This document shows, piece after piece, positions 19,322 to 30,690 of a stretch of 64,000 nucleotides of DNA. Source of the stretch: Lingula anatina. Lineage: Eukaryota > Animalia > Brachiopoda. The stretch's first letter is position 1. Each line of letters opens with the position of its first letter. Location of the stretch: positions 38,322,401 through 38,386,400 of the forward strand of contig CM120641.1 of the NCBI GenBank assembly GCA_051362555.1. The letters run 5' to 3'. The notes below the pieces were generated by a model, which saw only the letters and a program-made list of their open reading frames with translations, did not search any database and was not told where the DNA came from. The translations under genes and the position numbers were made by a program.

Positions 19322-21819
19322 ATGGGCTATGACATAAATCGGTTTGAAGGTGATGTTGACGAAGAGCTGATCTGTGCCATATGTAGTGGAGTACTAGAGG
19401 AGCCTTTACAGGTAAATTTTATTAGCTTTACAACAGCAATTTGCAAGTATTACATTTATTTTGTTGTGTTGAAGATTGGTGTCACTGCATTTTACATGGC
19501 ATTAAATCTTTCAAGGAAAACCCTGCGCCATACATTAAGCTGTCATTGCATTACATTAAGTTTTGACATGTTGTTAGTACATACTGATATAGGGACATAG
19601 TAAAGTAAAAGATTAATGAAAGACTCTGTCAATTTATTTTATGGTGATATAGATATTATGTTGGGCTTAGTGAAGATACGTATAATATCACACAATTGTA
19701 TTGAATCAAATGTGGATGTTATTACCTTAAAGTTTCTCTGTTTTCTAGGCTCCTCAGTGTGAGCATGCCTTTTGTTCAGGCTGTATTCACGAGTGGCTAA
19801 CCCGTCAGCCGACTTGTCCAGTAGATCGCAATTCTATCACTCCAAACCAGCTGAAACCTGTGCCTCGCATACTTAGGAATCTGTTAGCAAGACTGAGTAT
19901 TGCTTGTGACAATGCTGGATTTGGCTGCACAACTATTGTGAAATTGGACATGTTACAGACACACCTTCAAGAGTGTGAGCACAACCCAAAGAAACCTGTT
20001 CATTGTGAGCAGGGATGTGGACTGATTATCCCCAAAGATGAACTGAAGGTTAGATATGTAAATCATTGCATGTGATGGTATCAGACCATTGTTCCTGCCA
20101 GTGTCTTAGCAGCAACATTTTTGAAAAAATACACTCAATTGTTTTTTATTCTTGTGAAGAAGAATGGAGGTGGGAACAAAAACAATCTACAATTTTGCCT
20201 AAGTTTGTAATAATGCAAAAATAAAAAAAAAATCTAAATAAAATCATTATTCTAAGAATTTCTATACTGGATTTTTTTGTAGGATCACAATTGTGTGCGT
20301 GAATTGAGGCAACTTGTTCAGCAGCAGCAATGTAAAATGGCAGACATGCAAACAGAGCTGTCAGAAAATAAATTGCAAATGGGAGAAATGAAAAGAGAGA
20401 TACAGCTTTTGAAGGTGAGAAGAATAAACATACTGTAAAATTTCTGACTGATACAGTTTTTTTTAAGTCAAAGGAATTGAAAAAATTATTTTTGCTTTTT
20501 TTTTCTTCAGCAAAATAATTCTAAATTATATTCAATGTGATCAATCAATATTGTAATTTAAGTAGATTTAAAGACTGATGCATGACATGTTATTGTAGTG
20601 TTCACTAGTTAAACTTGTTACAGCAAAAGTATACTTAACTGTCCATTATTCATATCTATAAACATCCAGTTTGCTGTTGTAATGCAACACACTTGATAAT
20701 AGGGTATCTAATGTAGTTCTGAAGGATCGTATTGAATATTTATTGTTGAAGTATTATGTAAAATCGCTTTACATGCAGGAGTACATGCGGAACATGAGGG
20801 CGCCAGGTGCCAGCTCCAGAATTCGAGAGATTCAGTCAGAGATAGAAAGTGATGATGTCCATAGGTAAATCACGTAATCTGGATTGTTGGTTTTATTGGG
20901 CTTATAGTGGCAAATGATAAAGGGTTCTTGTGTTCAGAAATATTTTAAAATATGATTACCTAATATCCAAGACTAGAATTTTTTCTGAATTCAGGATTGA
21001 AAATCAAAATCCCCACCTAACTAGCAGACCTGGACATCATAAATACACATGATTGTAGCATCTCTTTGCATGAATCAAAAATCCCTCATAGGGTGTTTAT
21101 GAGTCACTTTGGTTTGGTATATTGGACTTTAAAATACATATACTTGCCACTTTTAGCCATCTGACCCTCTTAAGCACTGGAATATTTTCAGTGAAAACTA
21201 CTGAACATTTAAAACAATGTTTGTCCTTTTAATTTCAGGTGGGTGTCCTCATTGACCTCAGCCAGGGTAACACGTTGGGGTGGTATGATTTCCACTCCAG
21301 ATACAGTCTTACAAGCAGTGATAAAAAGAGCGCTTATAGACAGCGGTTGTCCAACACACATTGTAAATGAACTCATGGAAAATGCTCATGAAAGAAGGTG
21401 GCCACCGGGACTAAGTACTCTAGAAACGAGACAGCTAAATAGAAGACAGTATGAACAGTATGTCACCAAAAGAATTCCAGGTAAAGCAACTCCTTATTGT
21501 AGCACCTGTTGTGAAAATAAAATCTTTGACATGTGTAAGATTTTAAGTGGATCTAGAAGATTTACTTTTGAACCATTTGCTTATCACCTACTACCCTTCT
21601 CACTTGCAATGAATTGGAATAGTTGGTTTTTACTTGCAGCTTTTATGTTTGTAATAATCTATATTTTTATTTTTTATGTATTTGGTCACTTATATGTGCC
21701 ATTTAATATTTGCAGGCAAACAGGCAGTTGTAGTTATGTCTTGTGAAAATCAGCACATGCCAGAAGATTTATTACTGGAACCTGGATTAGTAATGATTTT
21801 TGCACATGGAGTAGAGTAA
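19322..21819 (+). CDS. RNF41: E3 ubiquitin-protein ligase NRDP1 (RING finger protein 41), 317 aa
   Basis: Exons 19322-19411, 19749-20048, 20283-20414, 20779-20864, 21239-21480, 21716-21819 (954 nt). MGYDINRFEGDVDEELICAICSGVLEEP..CEHAFC RING, TRAF/SIAH-type zinc finger, coiled coil, and a USP8-interacting domain VTRWGGMISTPD...PGLVMIFAHGVE*. Confidence 0.97.
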
Positions 21820-23717
21820 AGGTAGACCACCAATCTGTTTACTAGAACTAAACATATTTTAGAACATAAGTATTTATTATTATTATTATTATTTTTTTTT
21901 TTTTTGAGGCGTACTTCGCATTGTTATTATCTTCTCAACCCTCCCTGGTAGCCATGTCAGCTCCCAATGGTTGTATTATGCACAGAACAGAGCCTTGATT
22001 CAAAACACTCACCTTTTTCTTGTGCTGTGAAATGAAAACTAAGTCATGCTTGGTGGAGGACTTGTGTCCTATGTCATTCTAAAAGATTGGCAAGTTATTT
22101 AGAAGAGAATTATTAAATTAAAAATGTAGTAAAACATTAAGTCCAAGTGCAGGGATGGGTTGAGCAGTGATAAAGGAGTAAGAGAAAATTGCCTCCTCCT
22201 CCCCCTCCCCTCCCCTCCCCTCCCTCCCCCAGGAAAATCCATTTTGGCAGGAATATCTCGTGCAGTGTCTTTACAAAGACTAATAAGTAAAATCTTAATA
22301 TCATTAAATTTACTTGAAGTTGGTATTAAACATTATAGCTGGTTATTCAGGTGATATTGTGCTAACCCATTAAAATGTTTTTTTTTTCAGATGTGACATT
22401 ACCAGTTGTGCCTCATCCTTGTCTGCAAGGTCATTGTTTCTATCTCTGCTAAAGTAACTGGTTTGTTTCACACAGGATATCAAGATTATAAACCAGTGGA
22501 TATACAGAATAACAGGAAAGTTGGTCAAGTTTTGGCAAGAAGATGGATGCATCTCTTCACGATTTCCAAATGCCTTATTGTGTCAGCTCTGTGACTTGTT
22601 TTATTAATTCCTTGAGAAAACCTCATGGCGCAGTCAGATTGAACTTAGATTGAACCCTCAATTTAAGGTCTGGGGACATCTTATTTGAGATTATCACTTT
22701 AACATAAAATAGGGTAGAAAAAAAAATATATATATATATATATGGCTAAAGAAAGGTTAACAGTTTGTTTGAAAGATACATAAGATTGAAAATAATGCTT
22801 GCCTGTTCTTACGATAATTTGAGAGCATCAGTAGCATTTATTCTTCTATTGTAAAAGGTATATATATTTTACAAATGTGTCATAATTGTAAATATGGTTT
22901 ATGTATATATATATGTCACTGATATCATTTTGATGTCAGAGGGACCATAGGCGTAGGTTTTCATTGTTTTTATATCTATAAGATGTGCTAACCATAAAGC
23001 TGTTTTTATGTATCTTTGGGGTTTTGTAGATAACTGAGCAATTCTTCCCTTGAGATTTGATTTAAATGTTTTTATGTTATTGAGGATTGTATGAAAAATT
23101 ATCTAGAGTTAATTTTTTTAATCTAAAAGCCATGATACAAAATTGGTTTATTTGTTAAATGAATAAAATTCAAAACAAAATGTAAATGCTTTTATGCCTT
23201 TATTGATGACTTTTCTGAGAAAAAGTGAATAAAGCTATCAGCATGAGGGTTAAATACAAAGCGCAGAATCAATTGCAAACAGTTTTTATATCATTTTTCC
23301 TCAAACATTTTGTCTCCTATTTCCTGCTGAAAAAAATCAAATATTATTATAAACTTTTGTGTTAATAGAGTGTTTCTTCAACACGTAAATATACAAAACC
23401 GCGTTTAAAGAAAAAAGAATTTGGGTTGTCAAACGGCCAACCGCTTTAATATATGCACCTGCAGCAGATTGTACTTCCAATTTTCAGATGTAGGTCAAAT
23501 ATGCGTTTATGGAAACTGAATAATTTAAATACGTCTGCTACCGTGTGCTCTAACGCATAATGCTTAAGATGACAGCATCATAGTTTCTCTGCGGTACTGG
23601 AAGCAACTATAGCCAGCTCCTCCTTGGGTTTAGCTGAGCACGAGCAACCTGTTACGATCACTCCACCCGCAGCGCCCCCACACGATCCGCGGCATGTTTT
23701 GTTTACCTGCCAGGCGC

Positions 23718-24003
23718 ATGGCTGCCTCCTTCCGATTCCGACGTTACATCGTCGGGTTCGTGTGCGCACAGACAATTTTCATACTCTTCCAGGTTTTTGT
23801 GTTTTATCCATGTGTAGTCAGGGCACCATTAGACTTGGACTTGTTGAAGAGAGGAGCTGACACCACGAAATTGGATGCACAATTTGATCAAACGGTAGGG
23901 TGTTCAGGGACGTTCAGGTCATCCGAATGTGGTTTCTGAATTAATATGTAGTGATTTCAAACCACACTTACTCTGTTTTCTGTGCAAGCTCAACCGTGAA
24001 TAT

Positions 24004-24038
<35 letters not shown>

Positions 24039-27000
24039 TATAATAACGTACATGTAGACTATAAAGTTACGATAGTTAGACCGATTAGTATATAGTCTTT
24101 TGATATTGTGATGACAGAGTACGTGATGTCTGCTCGATCTTTGCTACTCGGGTTTCGGGCCCGTAGATCTATATTACTAAATTACAAAGAGTCGTTTGCG
24201 TCGAGCTGTGTACATACCAGACAAAGCATTGCCTCATGTAGATAAAATACATTAGTATTCAGAATGGACATGAAGTAAATTTTGTTGGTTTAATGCCTCT
24301 CTTCTCAAAATGGATATCAACATGGACCGGTTGCCCATATACATGTATAATGTGCACTTGAAGTTGTAGGGACCTATATAACTTGGAAGACATTGGGCAC
24401 ATTTTATTGTACATGAACCTGCGTCTCAGTCTGTGGTATTTTGACGCAGTTTTATGAAGGGGTTAAAGAGTAAAACGTGCAGATTATAATTTATATGACA
24501 TTTGATATCTGCGTGTACATGTATCAACAGAAACACAATGAATCATATATAAGATAAAGGTTTTTAAAGGATTTTTGAATATATTAAGTAAATTAATTAT
24601 TAAAAAAAACTAAAAAAAAAAAAAAAAAAAAGATTGCTCCAGCTGTGTGGATTTACACTGGAAGTTGAATCAGTCACACTCATTTTTAGAAAGATTTGCT
24701 AGAAAATATTCCAACCTCAACAATTTTTCAGGTACCCTATCCATATGCTGCACACTGGGAATCACTTGACAACAGACCCATTCCTTCATGGTATGAAAAT
24801 GCCAAGTTGGGGATTTTTATACATTGGGGGGTATATGCTGTCCCAGGGTATGCAGTCAATGGGCCATCTGAGTGGTTCTGGTACTGGTGGAAGATTGACC
24901 AGGATTTTTTACAGAGACGGAGGAAAGCAAAAGTCATAACTGGGGAAAGTGTTAAGAAGTTTGTTGCAGATAAATTTTCCTCTGACTGGCAGTATTCTGA
25001 CTTCGCACCACAATTTTTAGGAGAGTTTTTTAATCCAGAGAAGTGGGTAGACATCTTTAAGGCATCTGGGGCAAGGTAAATATGATTATGTGATGGGCTG
25101 CAATGGTTCTTTTCTCTTTCTTTTAAGTGTTTTTAATTTTTATTATTAGGGTTGGTACAAGGCAACATGGGATTCTTTAGATAAGCGTCCAATTCCCAAA
25201 TGGTATGAAGAAGCAAAGCTTGGGGTTTTCATACATTGGGGGGTGTATGCAGTACCTGGCTTTGCTGCAACTTCATCAGAATGGTTCTGGTACTGGTGGA
25301 AGACACCTCAGAAATACTTTGAACAAAATAAAGAATACAGGGTTGATGTTGGTAAAGGTGTGAAGAAGTTTGTTGCAGAGAAACTAGCACCTGGATGGGA
25401 ATACACAGATTTTGCTCCAGAGTTTTTAGGAGAGTTTTTTGATGCTGGGAAATGGGCCAATATCTTCAAGGCATCTGGTGCAAGGTACTTAACTTTTCTT
25501 ATTTAATGATAATGTTAATAATAATGATAATAGCATTTATTTCTTGCAATGAAAACAGTTGGATATTGCACCTGATAATAAGGGATTTATAAAATATGAA
25601 AAATGATGTATACGTAAGAAAAATAAATTCGTTCTCAGCCACACAGCCATTGTATGCTCAGTGTGTAGCATTATTTTATTTATTTTTTTTCAAAATAAAT
25701 GTTGAATATATAAATTATATTTCTGGTATTTGTGTAATTTAACATATGGTAACTCCATGGTGGAGTGTGTTGTGTGGTATTTGTTGGGAGTTGGTAATTG
25801 TTGTTTTTCAAATAAACTGGAGATGGGTTGCATAGTTTTGGTACAACATTTTGTAATATACTTAGTTACTATATTGCTCTGCATATATGAATTATAAGTA
25901 CTAATGGTACCAGTATATATTATTGCTGCATGTATTCCTAATTTTGTTCATAGATATGATTCATATATAACGGAATTTTATGGATAAATTGTTAGCAAAT
26001 TTGAGGACAGTTTCACACTACTCAGTCACTTCAAATGACATTTATGATCTATTTTGCTGTATCATATGATTCATATTTTAAAAACTCAGCACTGTGAATG
26101 CTCAAACGTGCATGTTGATGATTGATCCATGATTTAGAAATTATATGTGACATTGTCATAGATATGCAGAATTATGCAAAACACAAAACCTCTGTGATTG
26201 AAATTTGTGCTTCATTAATACTTATTGTGATCAATATTGTAGATATGTGGTCCTGACCAGCAAGCACCATGATGGTTTTGCTCTGTGGCCTTCCAAATAT
26301 TCCTGGAACTGGAACTCTGTAGACAATGGTCCACATATTGATATCATAGGTAAACAGCCTATTCACGATCAACAGGGACAGATCCAGATATATTTTCTGA
26401 CAGTTTTCCAAATTATCTGTCTTGATCCATACTCCATTTTTGGTCGTCTTCTGAAAGAAAAAATCAGATGCCCGTCAATGTAAACTTGAAAAGTTCTGAC
26501 GGCCTTCCAGAAGACACAGAAGACAGCTTCCATCCACCCCTGGATTCCTTTTTCTAGTGAATATTATAGCATTGCTCTTACTGGTGGTTATTAATTAGTA
26601 CAATGTCCCTTTAATTTTCCTATGTTTACAACTGGAAAAGAATATTTAAATCTTTTTTTTACACTTCATCATGTTTTTATAAAATAAATATTTTAGGTAA
26701 TCTGTCTGCTGCTATCAGGAAGAATACAGACTTGAGGTTTGGGTTGTATCACTCCCTTTATGAGTGGTATAACCCACTTTACATGAGAGATAAAGCTAAT
26801 GGCTACTGGACACAAGACTATGTAAAGGTTGTACCTCTTCATATAAAGTCATTTAGACTATCAGGGACAGAATAGAACACAAGTATTGCATTTATTGTGT
26901 TGATTTTGAGGATTTGATTTTGAATTTTGATTGTTATTGGTTAATTTCCTAATTGCATAATGCTGGTAAAACAATTTTGAGAACCTAGTGTTTTCTTACA

Positions 27001-28990
27001 ATAAATCATCTATCTTCTCCATATACTGTATCATCCAAGTATTACTACATTCTTCATTTCAGGCCAAACTTATGCCAGAGCTTCATGATATAGTGGAGAC
27101 CTACAAACCTGACATTGTGTGGGCAGATGGACAGTGGGAAGCTTCAGCCAACTACTGGAATAGTACACAGTTCTTGGCATGGCTGTACAATCAGAGGTAG
27201 GTTCTCCAGCTTAACCGTTGCTGTTTTATACTATTTATCTAATGAATAATGCAGTTGTCAATATTGAAACTTGTACCAGTGTTCTTGTTGTTTATGGTCT
27301 ACTGTCTTTTAGAAGAATTGAATTTTACCGCTTACACTTGAAGACTTGAAAATAAAAGCTTGCATGACACTGGAATCCTCAAAGTATTTTTTTTTTTTTT
27401 GTGATATTAAAACCTTTGATATCATTTTAGCTAAATTACTCAATCAATGATGGACTGATAAAGTCATTTCATTAACTGAAGTTAATTTTTTAAACAGGTG
27501 AAAAGTGTAGGCTAACTTGAGCCTAGATATCCCATGTGAATATACTAAACTTTATATCACAATTATGTTGTCTTTTCTAGTCCTGTGAAGGATTATGTGG
27601 TGACCAATGACAGGTGGGGCAATGAAACAAATTGCAAACATGGTGGTTTTTTAACCTGCTCTGACAGATATACACCAGGTATTTCATTCTTTGTGCTGGT
27701 AGAGGGCATGTAGCTCTGCATACTTGAATAAATAATTTCCAGTTGTTATAGGTCTGTTATATGTCTTTTCCATGCAAGGGCATAACAGATAATCTGCATA
27801 CATCATTTCAATTTTATGCTTGTCTAACGTACTGTATAGAAATTTTATAAAACTGGTGTAACATTTGTTTTAATACTAGTAACAGAGGAAATTAAAAAGT
27901 GTAAGCAGATTTCACAAGATTGAATATGCACATATGAACAAAATTTTATTTTTGTGATGTCCACCTGAACTCAAGTATGCTATTTTTCACTTTTTAGACT
28001 CAGTGTTGCACAGAAAATGGGAAAACTGCATGACCATTGACCGCAATTCTTGGGGCTACAGAAGACATGCTGACTTAGCAGATTACTTTACCATTGAACA
28101 ACTGGTGCATCTACTGATCAAGACTGTAAGGTGAAGATTTCAAATCATTCTCTACATTTAAATTTCTTCCTCCCAATTTTTTAAAAAAATAGTTGAAGAT
28201 AATTTTCACAGTTTATAAGATCTTAAAGCATGAAAATTTCATAGTAATTGGTCCAAGGACAGATCCAAATTTTTCAAAAGTTACTTGTCTGTCTCTTTAT
28301 ATCTTTATTTTCAGTAAGGGTGGGAATCTGTTGATGAATGTAGGACCAACAGCAGATGGCATGATTCCTCCTGTGTTTGAAGAAAGGTTCAGGCAGATGG
28401 GAGAGTGGATGGGGGTGAATGGAGAAGCTATTTATGGCACCAGGGCTTGGAGAGTACAGAATGAAGGAGATACAATTTGGTAAAGAAAAAAGTCAGAAAT
28501 TTGATACATTAGTTGCCTCTTGGATAAAACACAACTTTGCAATTAAATTGTTCTTTATTAAAGGAAATTTTTATTGAGACATGACACCCCAAGTTTATAA
28601 GAAAAACATATTGTCATTGAGAAGTTGTAAAACTGGTATACTTTTTAGATTATAAAATTTCTCTGCAACATACTAGTAGTTGCTTTTTCAATTTTCTTTT
28701 TCTGTACTATGTTCTAATCAGTTTTCATTAAATTTTGCAGGTATACTTCAAAGCAGACAACAAGTGGTCTAGTGATTTATGTACATCTCTTGAAGTGGCC
28801 ACAATCAGAAACATTGTTGCTAAAAACACCCAAAGCCAAAGCTACCACAAAGGTGACTTGGCTGGGCTTTAGCAAGCCAATACAACACAAGACTGACCCC
28901 AGTGCTGTCACTGTTGTCATGCCCAGGGTATTTTTGCATGAAATACCTTGTCAGTGGGCATGGGTTTTTAAGCTAGAGGGATTTGAGTAA
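23718..28990 (+). CDS. FUCA: Alpha-L-fucosidase (GH29, FUCA1/FUCA2-like); 512 aa with exon 2A or 509 aa with exon 2B
   Basis: Exons 23718-23894, [24732-25075 or 25150-25484], 26243-26349, 26697-26827, 27063-27196, 27581-27678, 27998-28130, 28315-28479, 28741-28990. Motifs [31 protein letters not shown] (nucleophile), [34 protein letters not shown]. Confidence 0.95.
24732..25075 (+). CDS. FUCA: Fucosidase alternative exon 2A (344 nt, phase 0 to 2)
   Basis: Acceptor TTTTTCAG at 24731, donor AG|GTAAAT; encodes [16 protein letters not shown]...IFKASGAR. Confidence 0.9.
25150..25484 (+). CDS. FUCA: Fucosidase alternative exon 2B (335 nt, phase 0 to 2), paralogous to 2A
   Basis: Acceptor TATTATTAG at 25149, donor AG|GTACTT; encodes [14 protein letters not shown]...IFKASGAR with no stops. 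Confidence 0.88.
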
Positions 28991-29764
28991 CATTCTCCTC
29001 CTTACTGGAAAGTTCATAATTTTGTTGGTGTTTATTTTTATCAACATTTTTAAAAATATGTTTGACATATTTTTCTCTTTACTTTTACTCATTGAAATGT
29101 TAATGCTTAAAGCATTCCTTATTTTTTTATGATGATTTTACATTTTTGTTCAGTTTTGTAAAACTTTTATGAAAAAAACTGAAAACTTTTATTTTGACAT
29201 GATTGTATTTTGGTTGTGAAATCTCCAACTTTGTTAAAGTATTGCTGCTACTTGTAAAGTCACTGATTTGCTTCTTAATTTACATGTGTTATAAAGTAGT
29301 TTCAGTGCACATATTGCTTGATTTAATAGCTGAAGATGGCTATTGTGTCATATTTATGAAACTAATGTGGACAATATACAAAGGCGATCTAAATGTTATA
29401 TTGTTATTGTGAGAGTGCCCTTGCTTAGTGAAACATAGCATACCAAAATATGTGGAGTGTGGGTTCCCAAACAAAAATAAAAATTCATTATCAATAACTT
29501 TGGGGGAAATTTACAAGGAGAGTTTACTGATAAGGTAGCAATTTATACTTGGACTTAACATATTACTTTGTTCAATATTAGTGGGAGTTTTATAAATTTA
29601 TGGAAAAGGCAGTTGATATTCTTTAGTTGAGAAGCTTTAAGAAGGTAATTTAGAAGTCGTAGAAGCCTCTTTATATATAAAAATAAACATTTAAAAAACA
29701 TCTTTTGTCTCTTTGTATTGAATTTGCCATAATTTGCATTTCATAAATTATCTTCTGATTGTGT

Positions 29765-30045
29765 CCCAGAATAGTAATTACTGAGATCTTTTCAATGGTG
29801 GGAAAATAGTGAATTTTACAGAAGCTCCTACTGTATTTTTATAATTTCTTAAAATTAAAACATTCCTATTTAATTAGTGCATGGTAGCAACAAATTTTAA
29901 AAGGCTACTATATAGATCTATTCTTTGCAGTAAAAGCACCACAAATGCTAAAAAGAAATATAATTTTAGTGATTATAAAATTGTGTATCTGAAAGTTTGG
30001 TAATTTTGGCCCATTGAAAAGACTCCAGCAATTTACCATACTGTA
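29765..30045. repeat. Dispersed MITE-like repeat, with an inverted relative at ~38520-38670
   Basis: GTAATTACT...TCTTTTCAAT...GAATTTTACAGAA...AATTTCTTAAAATTA.AACATTCCTA...TAATTTTG.CCCATTGAAAAG matches the reverse complement of 38520-38670. Confidence 0.55.
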
Positions 30046-30652
30046 CTTCTCAACAAAACCGATTTTTTCTCTCATTTGTAGAAAATGCTTTTTAGATATA
30101 AGATATATTTAAGATTCTTAAAATATACAAACTAAAGGAAATTAATTGACTTATATGTCAAAATAAGCAAATGAAATCAAGTCTTATATATGGAATTTAT
30201 ATGGCCTAACAGTCCTCAAAAACTTGTTTAGTTTGATAATATCTGCTATGTAGCAATACACATACTAAAGAAACTTATTCTAAAGAAAACCCTTTTGCTG
30301 GGCCTGTCGTTAACCTCAAAATGATTTTGTTTTAAAAATATATAGTCTTGCTGCCAAAACCAAACTTCGCGGTCTAGCTACAACCTGTGCTTAAGATGTA
30401 CTAGCTGTTGTAATTATAGGTGGATACGTATCACTGGGTGGGCATCATCATTATAATTACCTAGCTGTTTTAGTCTCCACTCCACTTTACGTTTATTTCA
30501 ATGAAAAGCCAAGTTCAAGTGATACAGAAGTGTATTTTTTCATGTGACTTCCACTCAAGATACTTTGATTTGCTTTCAGTGATGCACAGGGCTCCTACGG
30601 GCCACCGTACAGCAAACAACGCGATAAGTCTTTTGCGTTGGAGACCCAAAGT

Positions 30653-30659
30653 TGCACTC
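30653..30659 (+). promoter_or_regulatory. Candidate metal-response element (MRE core TGCRCNC) upstream of ZIP11
   Basis: TGCACTC begins 38 bp upstream of the SLC39A11 ATG. It is a single 7-mer and could occur by chance. Confidence 0.35.
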
Positions 30660-30690
30660 CTGTGTCGTCACACATGTGAACATCTTCAAA

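Noticed and set aside
21481-21746. Hydrophobic C-terminal tail of the 167-aa ORF, suggesting a membrane-anchored RNF41
   Set aside because: It is read-through into a T-rich intron. The canonical donor at 21480 and acceptor at 21715 give the conserved C-terminus.
25150-25484. Second fucosidase gene, or tandem domain duplication within one protein
   Set aside because: Only this exon is duplicated, and joint inclusion with 2A frameshifts to an early stop.
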